This document shows positions 50,230-60,584 of a stretch of 64,000 nucleotides of DNA, one piece after another. The DNA is taken from assembly GCA_963748625.1 (NCBI GenBank), contig CAVVJT010000010.1, positions 736,001 to 800,000 on the forward strand. Reading direction: 5' to 3'. Each line of letters starts with the position of its first letter. Within the stretch, counting starts at the first letter, position 1. The position numbers and the translations under genes are program-made. Below the pieces are notes generated by a model. It saw nothing but the letters and a program-made list of their open reading frames with translations, was not told the DNA's origin and did no database searches. Source of the stretch: an uncultured Chloroflexia bacterium (lineage in GTDB: Bacteria; Chloroflexota; Limnocylindria; Limnocylindrales; CSP1-4).

Positions 50230-51063
50230 ATGCTCGTCGTCCGCACCCGCGCCGCCCTGCGCGCTGCGCTCGCCGCCGCGCCCCGTCCGGTCGGCCTCGT
50301 CCCCACGATGGGCTGGCTGCACGCGGGCCACGTCTCGCTGGTTGCACAGGCCCGGACCGAGAACGCCACGGTCGTGATGTCGATCTTCGTGAACCCCAAG
50401 CAGTTCGGAGAGTCGACGGACTTCGAGAAGTACCCGCGCAACGAGGCGCGGGACTTCGCCAAGGCCGAGGCCGCGGGGGTGGACATCATGTTCGCCCCCA
50501 CGGTCGGCGAGGTGTACCCGCCGGGCTTCGACACCCTCGTCTCCGTCGGCGCGATCGCCCACCCGCTCGAGGGCAGCGCCCGGCCCGGCCACTTCGACGG
50601 GGTCGCCACCGTGGTCGCGCTCCTGTTCGGCCTGGTGGGGGCGGATAAGGCCTACTTCGGCCTCAAGGACTACCAGCAGGTCCAGGTGATCCGGCGCATG
50701 ACACTCGACCTTGCCCTGGCCACCGAGGTGGTCCCCTGCCCTACCGTCCGCGAGCCCGACGGGCTGGCGATGTCCTCGCGCAACGCCCGCCTGTCACCGG
50801 CCGGGCGGGTGGTCGCACCCGTCATCCACCAGGCGCTGGTGGCAGGCGCCGATCATGTCCGACGCGGGGTGCGCGAGGCGGCCTCGGTCCGGGGCGCCAT
50901 CCTTGCCGTGCTGGCGACGGAGCCGTCCGTGGTGGTCGACTACGTCTCGGTGGCAGACCCGGACACCCTCAGGGAGCTGGTCGAGGTGGATGGCCGCGCG
51001 CTGCTCTCGCTGGCCGTCCGCGTGGACGACGTCCGCCTGATCGACAACGAGCTGGTCGCCTAG
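50230..51063 (+). CDS. panC: Pantoate-beta-alanine ligase
   Basis: Motifs VPTMGWLHAGH, SIFVNP, RPGHFDGV, FGLKDYQQ, AMSSRN and RLIDN. Confidence 0.96.
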   Translation: MLVVRTRAALRAALAAAPRPVGLVPTMGWLHAGHVSLVAQARTENATVVMSIFVNPKQFGESTDFEKYPRNEARDFAKAEAAGVDIMFAPTVGEVYPPGFDTLVSVGAIAHPLEGSARPGHFDGVATVVALLFGLVGADKAYFGLKDYQQVQVIRRMTLDLALATEVVPCPTVREPDGLAMSSRNARLSPAGRVVAPVIHQALVAGADHVRRGVREAASVRGAILAVLATEPSVVVDYVSVADPDTLRELVEVDGRALLSLAVRVDDVRLIDNELVA

Positions 51064-52397
51064 GCGTCGGCGGGCCCGCCCGCCTCGCGTCCGCGGGCGA
51101 CCGCGTCGGGCTGCTCCCTGCGGGCGACCGCGATCCAGACGATGGCGGCGCCCGCTGCACAGCCCACCGCGCTGACGGGGTACACCGCGCCGATGCCCGC
51201 CTGCTGCGCCACAAGCCCTGCCAGCACGGCCCCCGCGATGTAGCCGATGGACGACACGGTGCCGCCGAAGAGCGCCTGCGCCGTCCCCTGGAGCCTGGCG
51301 GGAAACCGTGCAGCCACGTACGTCGTGGTGCCGACGAGCAGGAACGTGAATCCGATGCCGCTGATCCCGGCCACGACCACGAACGCGGCCGGGTCCAGCG
51401 CGACGCCCCAGAGGGCGGAGCGCACGGCGTACGCCACGATGCCCGCCACGATCAGCCGCTCCACGCGGACCCGCCGGGCCAGCAGGGGGAAGAGCAGCAT
51501 CATCGGGATCTCCAGGGCAGCGTTCACCGCCCAGCCGACACCCACCAGTGCCGTCCCGCCGCCCAGCTCCACGATGCGCAGCGAGAGCAGCGTGAGGACC
51601 ATCCCGTTCGCGGTCCAGGCCACCGCCGTCCCGACGAAGAACAGGGCCATCCCGGGGGCCCGCAGGAGGCCCAGGGCCGCCCCGGGACCCACGCCGCCCA
51701 CGTGGATGCCCCGTTCCGGGCGGCCCAGCAGCGCGTACGCCGCCACGGCCGACGCGACCAGCGCCGCCGAGTAGACGAGGAAGACCGCGCGCAGGCCCAT
51801 GCCGGCCACCAGGGCGCCCACGGCGATCCCGGTCACCATGAACGAGACCGAGCCCCAGACGCGGGCCTGGCCGAACCGCTCGCGGTGGCTTCCCAGCCGC
51901 TGCACGGTGCGCGCATCGACCAGCGGCGTCAGCCCGGATGTGCCAATCGCCACGGCTACGACGATGAGGGCCAGCCAGGGCATCGACGGGCCGAGCACGA
52001 GCAGCAGGGCCGCCAGCGCCGCCCACAGCGCGCCCGCAAGGTACGGCGGCCGCATGTCGCCCATGCGGTCCGCGAGCATGCCCCAGGCCGGCGCCGCCAC
52101 GATGGCAACGAGGGCCGGAACCGCGGCCAGCACCCCGATCGCCGAGAGGTCCACGCCCTGTTCCGCGAAGTAGACGGTCGCGAACGCCACCCATACGGCC
52201 ACCGCGGCGAACTGGAAGGCATAGACGATCGCCGGGGGAACGATCGACCGCTGCCGGTCGTCGCGACGGGCGGACCTCGATGGTTCGGCGACGGGATCGG
52301 CGACGGCGGCGGGGCCGTCGGCGGGGTCGATCGCGCTCAGGCGAACGTCGCTTCCGCGGCCACTTCGAGGAACCGGTCCATCTGCAGGTGCTCCCAC
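51060..52397 (-). CDS. MFS transporter (start uncertain)
   Basis: Twelve TM segments with WGMLADR, FGQARVWGS, EIP and LQGTAQAL. Confidence 0.88.
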   Translation of the reverse strand: MGAPADGPVPRSGRGSDVRLSAIDPADGPAAVADPVAEPSRSARRDDRQRSIVPPAIVYAFQFAAVAVWVAFATVYFAEQGVDLSAIGVLAAVPALVAIVAAPAWGMLADRMGDMRPPYLAGALWAALAALLLVLGPSMPWLALIVVAVAIGTSGLTPLVDARTVQRLGSHRERFGQARVWGSVSFMVTGIAVGALVAGMGLRAVFLVYSAALVASAVAAYALLGRPERGIHVGGVGPGAALGLLRAPGMALFFVGTAVAWTANGMVLTLLSLRIVELGGGTALVGVGWAVNAALEIPMMLLFPLLARRVRVERLIVAGIVAYAVRSALWGVALDPAAFVVVAGISGIGFTFLLVGTTTYVAARFPARLQGTAQALFGGTVSSIGYIAGAVLAGLVAQQAGIGAVYPVSAVGCAAGAAIVWIAVARREQPDAVARGREAGGPADA

Positions 52398-53512
52398 ACG
52401 AGCGCCTTGATGAGCTCGATCTTGCCCTTGTCGGCGGCGTGGGTCTTGACCAGCAGGTCGTGAACCTCCGACGCCACCGTGTAGGTGTCGTCCGGGAGGG
52501 CGGCGCAGAACATGCCCGCCTGGTTGACGAGCTCGAGGACCTCGGGGCGGGGCTGGTAGCCACCGGTGAGCAGGATGCCCAACGCCTTCGCCTCGGGGCC
52601 GGCGTCGATGGCGCCCGGGGTCTCCTCCACCAGCGCGTCGATCTGCTCCACCGTTGCGGGCAGGCTGTGGAAGCGGTCCGCGACGTGCGCCGACGCGAGG
52701 GTCAGGATCACGTCTTCGCGATCACCGGGCACGATGACCAGCGTGCTCGGGGTGACGCGCTCGAGCATGTGCGCGGGCTCCATCGCCCCGATCGCGATCC
52801 CGTCGATCACGCGGTCGAGGTCGCCGCCGGGGTGGATCACGCGCGCGCCGGTGCCCTCGAGGATCATCTCGAGCGTCGGGTGCGACAGCATCGGGCGGTA
52901 GGGCAGGATGCCCAGCAGCGGGATCCCGTGGAGCGCCAGGCCGCGCTCGAGGGTCTTCGCGATGCCCGGCTGCCCGTCGATCCGGACCTTGTTGACGATC
53001 GCGCCGGCCACCGGCACGCCGTGGGCCTCGAAGTGCGAGGCATTGAGCACGATCTCGTCGATGGGCCGGCCCACGCCGCCCTCGCTGATGATGACCGCCG
53101 GTGCCCCGAGCAGGGCCGCGACCCGTGCGTTGGACAGGCCGACGACCGCGCCCACGCCCGCGTGCCCCGTGCCCTCGATGAGGAGGATGTCGTGACCGGC
53201 GAACGCCTGATGGGCGGCCACGATCCGCGCCCCCAGGTCCTCGACGACCTCGCCCGCGATGTAGCGCTTGGTGAACCCGCGCGGGATATGCACCGGGCTC
53301 ATGACAGAGATCGGCTCGGGCAGGTCGAAGACGGACCGCATCAGGAAGGAATCGTCGTCGATGGGTTCGCCGTCGATGTCGATGGTGCGCTGGCCGACCG
53401 GCTTGGTGAAGCCGGTGCGGTAGCCGCGACGCCGGAAGCCGTCGAGCAGGCCCAGGCTGGCTGTCGTCTTGCCGCGGTTCTGGCCGGTGGCGGCGAGGTA
53501 CAGCTGGCGCAC
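52337..53512 (-). CDS. BioD-like/DRTGG-domain protein (stand-alone phosphotransacetylase N-terminal region)
   Basis: Motifs GQNRGKTT, FTKPVG, LLIEGTGH, AIVNKV, VPGDREDVIL and LLTGG. Confidence 0.85.
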   Translation of the reverse strand: MRQLYLAATGQNRGKTTASLGLLDGFRRRGYRTGFTKPVGQRTIDIDGEPIDDDSFLMRSVFDLPEPISVMSPVHIPRGFTKRYIAGEVVEDLGARIVAAHQAFAGHDILLIEGTGHAGVGAVVGLSNARVAALLGAPAVIISEGGVGRPIDEIVLNASHFEAHGVPVAGAIVNKVRIDGQPGIAKTLERGLALHGIPLLGILPYRPMLSHPTLEMILEGTGARVIHPGGDLDRVIDGIAIGAMEPAHMLERVTPSTLVIVPGDREDVILTLASAHVADRFHSLPATVEQIDALVEETPGAIDAGPEAKALGILLTGGYQPRPEVLELVNQAGMFCAALPDDTYTVASEVHDLLVKTHAADKGKIELIKALVWEHLQMDRFLEVAAEATFA

Positions 53513-53577
53513 GTCGGTTCCCTCGGTGGGCTGGGCGGCTGGGCGGGTTGGCGGGTCGGGCGGCTGGGCGGGTTGCG

Positions 53578-54183
53578 CTAGCCGCGCGCCGCGGTCTTGC
53601 GCTCGATGAGCTGGAGCGCCTCGCGCAGGCGGACCATGGACTCCTCGTCCACGCTGTCGGACTCGAGGTACGGTCCCAGCCGCTCCATGATGTCGGTCAC
53701 GAGACCCAGGAAGACGGCAGCGTCGGCCACGAAGAACTGCGGTTCGTTGTTGTAGCGGACCATCGTGAGCCGGCCCTGGAGGACGCGGCGATCCTCCACG
53801 TGGGCGATCTGGGTGCTGAAGTTGTGGCCCTGGATGCCGTCGGGGTTGTTGAGGAAGTTGAGGGCGTTGTCGATGGCCAGCCCGAACCGGGCCCGCCAGG
53901 CGACCAGCCGCTCGTAGACCTCGGGCGGGATCCGGACCTCGCCCACATCATCGAAGACCTCGGGAGCCACGGTGAGCAGGCCGACCAGCGTGGTGCCCGC
54001 CCGCGCACCGAGCATCACCTGGAGGCTGCGCTCGAGGGTGAAGACCTCGGAGTCGAACCGGGGACTGGTGATGACGTCGGTCAGGAGGTCCTCGACGTTG
54101 TCGAGGCTGCCCGGGTCGTTGACGGCGTTGGCGAGGTGGAGGATCTCCTCCTTGAAGAGGAACTTCTCCTCGTGATCAAGCAT
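53578..54183 (-). CDS. Conserved-looking hypothetical protein
   Basis: Starts MLDHEEKFLFKEEILHLANAVNDPG; 201 aa, GC3-rich, with TACCAT 6 nt upstream. Confidence 0.75.
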   Translation of the reverse strand: MLDHEEKFLFKEEILHLANAVNDPGSLDNVEDLLTDVITSPRFDSEVFTLERSLQVMLGARAGTTLVGLLTVAPEVFDDVGEVRIPPEVYERLVAWRARFGLAIDNALNFLNNPDGIQGHNFSTQIAHVEDRRVLQGRLTMVRYNNEPQFFVADAAVFLGLVTDIMERLGPYLESDSVDEESMVRLREALQLIERKTAARG

Positions 54184-54575
54184 GGCGCGATGGTAACAGG
54201 GGGCGTGTCGGGTCCCTGCCCTGTGCGCGCTGGCCCCCCGACGTGTGCGCGCCGCTCCGCCGGCCCCACGCGCGCCCGCCGTCCAGGGCCACCTCGCCGG
54301 CCCGGGCGCGGCCGTGCACGCGGAGCAATACTCCTGGCCCGCGCTGTCGCGCCACTGCTCACGGAGCACAGGAATAACGGCCGCCCGGCCGATTCGGGGC
54401 CGAAACCGGTCGTCGCCGTGCGTGGCGGGCACCACGACGACCTGTGGGGCCGGAACAATTGCCCGGCGCGCACGCGGCGCAACGGGCGCGCGGGGAACCA
54501 GCACGGAATCGTTCGGCCCGGGACGAGCCCGGGCCGATCGACGTTCGAAGCGCGGCAGCGGATGCCGCAGGTGGC

Positions 54576-55841
54576 TTACGGGTAGAGGCCGCGCAGGGCG
54601 GTCGCGTCGGCGACACGCTGGACGGCGTTGAGGTAGGCGCCGGTCCGCATGTTGACGCCGTGCTTCTCGCTCTGGGCCAGGACCTCGGCGAACGCCTTGT
54701 CCATGATGACCTTGAGCTTGGCGTTGACCTCGGTCTCGGTCCAGTGGTCGCGGTTGAGGTCCTGGACCCACTCGAAGTAGGAGACGGTCACGCCGCCGGC
54801 ATTCGCGAGAATGTCGGGGATCATGAAGACGCCCTTCTTCCAGAGCACCTCGTCGGCCTCGGGGGTCGTGGGGCCGTTGGCGGCCTCGGCGACGATCTTG
54901 GCCTTGACGTTGTCCACGTTCGCGGCCGTGATCTGGTTCTCGTAGGCGGCCGGGATGAGGACGTCGCACTCGAGCTCGAGGAGCTCGCCGTTGGTGATGG
55001 TCTTGCTGCCCGGGAAGCCGACGACGGTGCCGTGCTCCTTCTTCCACGCGAGGACGCGCGGAACGTCGAGCCCGTCCTGCTTCCAGATCGCGCCGCCCGT
55101 GTCGGACACGGCGATGACCGTCGAGCCCTCGTCGGACATGAGCTGGGCAGCGATGTTGCCGGCGTTGCCGAAGCCCTGCACCGCGACCGTGGACTTGGTC
55201 AGGTCCATGCCCAGGTGCTTGGCGGCCTGGACGATCGTGAACACGCAGCCACGCGCCGTGGCCTCGTTGCGGCCCTCGGAGCCGCCGATGCTGATCGGCT
55301 TGCCGGTGACGACGCCCGGGACGGTGTAGCCCGCGTGCATGGAGTACGTGTCCATGAACCAGGCCATGATCTGCGGGGTGGTGTTGACGTCCGGCGCCGG
55401 AATGTCGCGCTCGGGGCCGACCAGGACCGAGATCTCCGAGAAGAAGCGGCGGGAGAGATGCTCCAGCTCCTTCATCGAGAGCTGCTTGGGGTCGACGGAC
55501 ACGCCGCCCTTGCCGCCGCCGTACGGGATGCCGACGACCGCGCACTTCCAGGTCATCCACATCGCGAGGGCCTTGACCTCGTCGAGGGTGACGTCCTGGT
55601 GGTAGCGGATGCCGCCCTTGGCCGGCCCGCGGCTGAGGTTGTGCTGCACGCGATAGCCCGTGTAGACCTGGACCGAGCCGTCGTCCATCTGCACGGGGAA
55701 GTGGACGGTGAGCTCGCGGCGCGGCTCGCGCAGGACGCGGCGCAGGCCGGGATCCAGGTTGAGCATCTCGGCCGCCAGGTCGAACTGGCTCTGGGCCACC
55801 TTCCAGGCGTTGATCGGCGGCGCCATGTTCTCCGTCGTCAT
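54576..55841 (-). CDS. gdhA: Glutamate dehydrogenase (Glu/Leu/Phe/Val family)
   Basis: Motifs GPAKGGIRY, MTWKCA, PYGGGKGG, DIPAPD, QGFGNAG, EAANGP and NAGGVTVSYFEWVQ. Confidence 0.94.
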   Translation of the reverse strand: MTTENMAPPINAWKVAQSQFDLAAEMLNLDPGLRRVLREPRRELTVHFPVQMDDGSVQVYTGYRVQHNLSRGPAKGGIRYHQDVTLDEVKALAMWMTWKCAVVGIPYGGGKGGVSVDPKQLSMKELEHLSRRFFSEISVLVGPERDIPAPDVNTTPQIMAWFMDTYSMHAGYTVPGVVTGKPISIGGSEGRNEATARGCVFTIVQAAKHLGMDLTKSTVAVQGFGNAGNIAAQLMSDEGSTVIAVSDTGGAIWKQDGLDVPRVLAWKKEHGTVVGFPGSKTITNGELLELECDVLIPAAYENQITAANVDNVKAKIVAEAANGPTTPEADEVLWKKGVFMIPDILANAGGVTVSYFEWVQDLNRDHWTETEVNAKLKVIMDKAFAEVLAQSEKHGVNMRTGAYLNAVQRVADATALRGLYP

Positions 55842-56143
55842 AGAGCGGATGATCCTCGTGGTGGGATGGGGACCGCCACCCCGTAGCGTTTGGCCGTCTT
55901 CCGGGCGACCACACGGGGGTGTTCGAGCCGATCGGCCGTGGCATGACCAGACGGCGGTCGAACACCGCCTCTGAGGGCCGAGTATAGCCACGGAGCGCTC
56001 CCGCGACCGTGCCGCTCGGCACCCGGCCGCAACCAATCCGTCACCCTGTCGCACCTGTCACGTGGCAGGGGTCAGCACGCCTCCCGGGATCGCCGCGTGT
56101 GCCGGCGGGGCACGGTCGGGTGCCCTCGCCGGCCGGGCCCGGA

Positions 56144-56989
56144 TCAGCCCTTGCGGACGAACACGCCCCCGAGGCACCCGGGGCCGATGTGCGGTCCCAC
56201 CGACGGCCCGACAACCATCGTCTGGACCCTCTCGGCGGCGAGTCCCGAGCGGGCGAGGAACTCCTCGCGGAATCCGTCCACGTCGGCGCCCGGCGTATGG
56301 AGCACCGTCGCCTCATCGAGGGGCTGCTCCGTGAGCAGCTCGAGCACCCGCTCGCGGGCCTTCGAGCGCGTCCGCACCCGGTCCGCATTCTCGACGACGC
56401 CCTCGATCACCGTGATGATCGGCTTGATCGACAGCATGGATCCGACCGCCGCCCGCGTACCGCTGATCCGGCCACCTCGCTTGAGGTACTCGAGCGTGTC
56501 GAGCGCGACGTACAGCCCCACGTCCTTCTTGCGCGCCTCGAGGGCCGCCGCGACCTCGGCTCCGGATGCCCCAGCGGCCGCCAGGCGGGTGCCGTGCTGG
56601 GTCAGCATGGCCTGCCCGGCGGACACCGTGCGCGAGTCCACGATGTGCACGTCACGGTCCGGCATGCCTGCGGCCGCGATCTGGACCGACTTGAGCGTCC
56701 CGGACAGGTCGCCCGACACCGTCACGCACACGATCGAGTCAGCTCCCGCGGCAAAGGCGGCCTCGAAGGCGGTGGCGAACTCCCCGGGCGAAGCGGCCGC
56801 CGTGGTGGGGAACGGCGCGTTCGGGGCAAGCATCCGCTGCCAGAACTCGTCCGTTGTCAGCGTTGCGTTGGCCAGGAAGACCTCGTCGCCGAAGCTGACC
56901 TGGAGCGGCACCACGGTGATCCCGGACTCGGCCGCGACGGCGGGCTGGAGGTCGCTGGCGGAGTCGGTGATGAGCGCGACACGGGTCAC
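56144..56989 (-). CDS. DegV-family fatty-acid-binding protein
   Basis: Motifs ITDSASDL, LSGT, VDSRTVS, LEYLKRGGRI, LSIKPI and HIGPG. Confidence 0.93.
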   Translation of the reverse strand: MTRVALITDSASDLQPAVAAESGITVVPLQVSFGDEVFLANATLTTDEFWQRMLAPNAPFPTTAAASPGEFATAFEAAFAAGADSIVCVTVSGDLSGTLKSVQIAAAGMPDRDVHIVDSRTVSAGQAMLTQHGTRLAAAGASGAEVAAALEARKKDVGLYVALDTLEYLKRGGRISGTRAAVGSMLSIKPIITVIEGVVENADRVRTRSKARERVLELLTEQPLDEATVLHTPGADVDGFREEFLARSGLAAERVQTMVVGPSVGPHIGPGCLGGVFVRKG

Positions 56990-57170
56990 GATGGATCTCC
57001 CTCCAGGCACTGTGAAGGCCAAGCGGCCGGCTGCCCCCTCCGATCCGCGGATGATACGGACCCGACCGGGCCCACGTGGACCGTTCGGGCTCGCCCCGCT
57101 CAGGCCCTCCCCGACGGCGTGCCCCGAGCGGGACCTCCCGATGTGGCGCATCACCGGCTACCCTTCCCCG

Positions 57171-58460
57171 ATGGCGCGATCCGTCCTGGCCGTGATCTTC
57201 GGCACCTTCACCCTGCGGCTCGCGACGGGCCTGACGGGCGGCGCCCTCGTGTACTACCTCGCCGTGCTGGAGGACTACGGCGGACCCAAGGTGGACGCCA
57301 TCACCCTGGGCTGGTTCGTCGCCCTCTTCTACGCGGCCGAGCTCATCGGCTCGCCACTGTTCGGCGTGCTGTCCGACCGGCTCGGCCACCGGCGGGTCAT
57401 GCTGTTCGGCCCCGGCTTCGGGGCGGTCGCCGTGATCATCACCGCCGTCACCACGAGCATCCCCGTCCTCATGGGCACCCGCCTGCTCGAGGGCGCGTCG
57501 ACGGCTGCCTCGATCCCGTCGATCCTCGGGTTCATCGCCTTCGCCACCGCCGGCGACGAGGCGCTCCGGGGTCGGGCGACGGCACGGTTCGAGGCCGCGA
57601 CCCTGGCCGGCCTCCTGGGCGGCCTGGTCCTGGCGGGCCCCTTGTTCACGCTCATGGGCCCGGGTGTCTTCCTGTTCAACGCCCTGCTCTACGGACTCTC
57701 CTTCGCCATCTACAAGTTCGGCGTGCCAGCCCACGCCGAGCCGCCGCCCCACCCCGAGCGCGGCGTGCGCGGCGCGAGCGCCCTGAAGCGCTACGGGGCG
57801 ATTCTCACCGGCACCCACGTCTGGCTGCTGGCCCCTACGTGGATCGCCATCAATGCGGTGCTGGGCCTGTTCACCACGCAGACCCTGTTCCAGCTGGTCA
57901 GCAAGCCCAGCCCCGGGTTCTCCGACCAGATGCTCATGGGCGGCGTCGATCGCAACGTCGTGAGCGCGGTCCTGGGGATCGGCGGACTCCTGTTCTTCGT
58001 GGGCATCTTCTGGTGGGGCCGCCGCTTCGCGAAGATGCGCCGCACGACCATCATCTTCTACGGGATCCTCGGCGGCGGCGCCGTGCTCGCGGCGGCCTTC
58101 GGCGTCAACCACTCGGCCGATCTGCCCATCGTGGTCCCGCTCGCCCTCGCGGTGCTCGCGATCGGCGGCCTCTTCGTGCTCGCGGGTGCGACCCCGGCCG
58201 CGATCGGCCTCCTCGCCGACGTGACCGAGGCCTACCCCAACGATCGGGGCGCGATCATGGGCCTCTACTCCGTGTTCCTGGCCCTCGGCCAGATCACGGG
58301 CAGCCTGCTCGGCGGGGCGTCCGCCCAGCGGTGGGGCCTCGATGGAATCTTCATCGTCGCCCTGGTGCTCCTGGGCGTGGCGCTGCTGCCGCTGAGCCAT
58401 CTCCGCCGCTACGAGCACTTCATGGGCCCGTCGGCGGCCGAGACGTTCGGGCCGGCGTGA
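57171..58460 (+). CDS. MFS transporter
   Basis: Twelve TM segments with GVLSDRLGHRR (motif A), RLLEG and RGAIMGLY. Confidence 0.9.
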   Translation: MARSVLAVIFGTFTLRLATGLTGGALVYYLAVLEDYGGPKVDAITLGWFVALFYAAELIGSPLFGVLSDRLGHRRVMLFGPGFGAVAVIITAVTTSIPVLMGTRLLEGASTAASIPSILGFIAFATAGDEALRGRATARFEAATLAGLLGGLVLAGPLFTLMGPGVFLFNALLYGLSFAIYKFGVPAHAEPPPHPERGVRGASALKRYGAILTGTHVWLLAPTWIAINAVLGLFTTQTLFQLVSKPSPGFSDQMLMGGVDRNVVSAVLGIGGLLFFVGIFWWGRRFAKMRRTTIIFYGILGGGAVLAAAFGVNHSADLPIVVPLALAVLAIGGLFVLAGATPAAIGLLADVTEAYPNDRGAIMGLYSVFLALGQITGSLLGGASAQRWGLDGIFIVALVLLGVALLPLSHLRRYEHFMGPSAAETFGPA

Positions 58461-58493
58461 TGACGGTGCGATGCCGCTGATGGAGCGATACCG

Positions 58494-60155
58494 ATGACCG
58501 ATCTCAAGCCCCTCGTCCCTGCCCGGGCCGCGCGCGGCGCCCGAGGCGCAGTCGTGGCACCGCACCACCTCGCCACGACCGCCGGCCTGGCCGTGCTGGC
58601 CGCCGGCGGCCACGCTGTCGACGCGGCGATCGCCACCAACGCCGTGCTGGGCGTCGTGATGCCCAACGGGTGCGGCATCGGCGGCGATGCGTTCTGGCTC
58701 GTCTGGGACGACGGTGCCGGTGAGCAGGTGGCGCTCAACGGGTCCGGGCGAGCGCCCGCCGCAGCCACTGCCGGGCTCCTGCGCTCACGCGGGTTGGAGC
58801 GCATCCCGCTCCGCGGCCCGTATGGCATCACCGTTCCGGGTGCCGTCCGCTCCTGGGCCGATGCCCACGCCCGCTGGGGCCGCCTGTCCCGGGACGTGAT
58901 CCTCGCCGCCGCCATCGAGCACGCCGGGGCCGGGTTCCCCGCATGGGAGGGCCTCGTCGACGCGGTCGAGGCGACCGACGCAAGCCTGGGCGACGCAGCC
59001 TGGGCCGAAGGGTTCCGGCGGGTCTGGCGGCCTGCCGCGAGGCCCTGGCGCCCGGGCGAGATGATCCGGCTTCCGGCCCTTTCGGCAACCCTGCGCACCT
59101 TGGCCGACGAAGGGTTCGACGCCTTCTACGACGGCTCGCTGGGTGAGCGGCTGGCTCGCAACCTGGCCGCCTCGGGCGCCCTGCACACCGCCGCCGACCT
59201 CCACGCTCATCGCAGCACGTGGGGGACCCCGATCGCGACCGAGTACCGGGGTGTCCGCGTCACCACCCATCCGCCCAACAGCAGCGGGCTGCTCGCGCTC
59301 GAGATCCTCAACATCCTCGCGGAGTTCGAGCCACCGCCCGCCGCCGCCTTCGGGCCGCGGGGCTGGACCGATGCGGCGTGGCCGCACCTCTGGCTCGAGG
59401 CTGCCAAGCTCGTCTACGCCGATCGCGACGCGACCCTCACCGATCCGGCCTTCCGCGATGTGCCCGTGGACGTGCTGCTCTCGCGGCAGCGCGCGACGAC
59501 GCTCGCCGGGCTGATCGACCCCCGCCGGGCCGACCCCTCCCCTGCCCCGGTCCGGACGCTCGTGGGCGGGACGATCTACCTCGCGGTGGTGGATGCGCAG
59601 GGCAATGCCGTGAGCCTGATCCAGTCGAATGCGGCAGGCTTCGGCTCAGGGGTCGTGGATGCCGAGACGGGCGTCCACTACCAGAACCGGGGAGCGTCGT
59701 TCTCGCTGGACCCCACTCACCCAAACGTGATCGAGCCGCGCAAGCGGACGGCGCACACGCTGCTGCCCGGGATGCTGTTCAGGGTGGGCCAGCGACGGCC
59801 GTGGATCGTGGGTGGCTCCATGGGCGGCGACATCCAGCCCCAGGTGCACGCCCAGCTGGTGTCCGCACTGGTCGACGGGAGCGCGGACCTGGCGACGGCC
59901 GTCGCGGCGCCGCGGATCACGGTTGAGCCCGCGGGCTGGCTCGCACCACCGACGGCCGTCTTCGCTGACGGCACCTTGTCGGACGGTGTCCCCGACGGGC
60001 TTCGCGAGCGAGGCCACGATCTCGGGCTGGAGCCGTACAACGGCGCCCTGGGCCACGAGCACGCGATCGAGCTGGTCGATGGCGGACCTGCCCAAGGTGG
60101 CAGCCTGCTGGCGATGACCGATCCGCGCAGCGCGGGGCTGCCTGCGGTCCGGTAG
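58494..60155 (+). CDS. ggt: Gamma-glutamyltransferase-family protein
   Basis: Motifs GGHAVDAAIA, GIGGDAF, TVPGAV, PPNSSG, GGTIYLAVVD (nucleophile Thr), GSMGG and DPRS. Confidence 0.9.
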   Translation: MTDLKPLVPARAARGARGAVVAPHHLATTAGLAVLAAGGHAVDAAIATNAVLGVVMPNGCGIGGDAFWLVWDDGAGEQVALNGSGRAPAAATAGLLRSRGLERIPLRGPYGITVPGAVRSWADAHARWGRLSRDVILAAAIEHAGAGFPAWEGLVDAVEATDASLGDAAWAEGFRRVWRPAARPWRPGEMIRLPALSATLRTLADEGFDAFYDGSLGERLARNLAASGALHTAADLHAHRSTWGTPIATEYRGVRVTTHPPNSSGLLALEILNILAEFEPPPAAAFGPRGWTDAAWPHLWLEAAKLVYADRDATLTDPAFRDVPVDVLLSRQRATTLAGLIDPRRADPSPAPVRTLVGGTIYLAVVDAQGNAVSLIQSNAAGFGSGVVDAETGVHYQNRGASFSLDPTHPNVIEPRKRTAHTLLPGMLFRVGQRRPWIVGGSMGGDIQPQVHAQLVSALVDGSADLATAVAAPRITVEPAGWLAPPTAVFADGTLSDGVPDGLRERGHDLGLEPYNGALGHEHAIELVDGGPAQGGSLLAMTDPRSAGLPAVR

Positions 60156-60277
60156 GGCTCGGGCCGACCGGGAGGCAGCCCCGAGCGGTCGGCGCCCGAT
60201 GGTATCCTCGGCCGGCTGGTGGCAGCCGCGCTCGCACACGACCTGCCGCCGGAATCGTGTGGAGAGCGGAGGCACAG

Positions 60278-60550
60278 GTGACCTCGAACGTCGGGCAGAG
60301 CTACCCCTACAGCAGCGAGTCGGAGGCGGAGCGCGCCGCCGTGATCGCGGCGCTCGTCGAAGCGCGCGAGGGCCTGGCCGACAAGCTCAAGGCCGAGACC
60401 AACCCGCTCGACCAGGCCGAGCGCCGGTGGGTGTACAAGTGCCCCACCAAGGGCTGCACGGGCCTGCTCCACGCGGCGGGGTACGCGGTCGAGAAGCACG
60501 CCGTCTTCGTCGTCTGCGACGGGACCTGCGCCAAAACCTTCCTGCGCTAG
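60278..60550 (+). CDS. Small four-Cys putative zinc-ribbon protein
   Basis: RBS GGAGG before GTG; CPTKGC..CDGTC. Confidence 0.75.
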   Translation: MTSNVGQSYPYSSESEAERAAVIAALVEAREGLADKLKAETNPLDQAERRWVYKCPTKGCTGLLHAAGYAVEKHAVFVVCDGTCAKTFLR

Positions 60551-60584
60551 CCGCCTGCGCGAACCGCACGGTCCGCGCGACCCC

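Noticed and set aside
53578-56022. 814-aa ORF appearing to fuse the gdhA region to the hypothetical protein
   Set aside because: The upstream part is an alternative frame over gdhA. The real gene starts at 54183 behind a -10 box.
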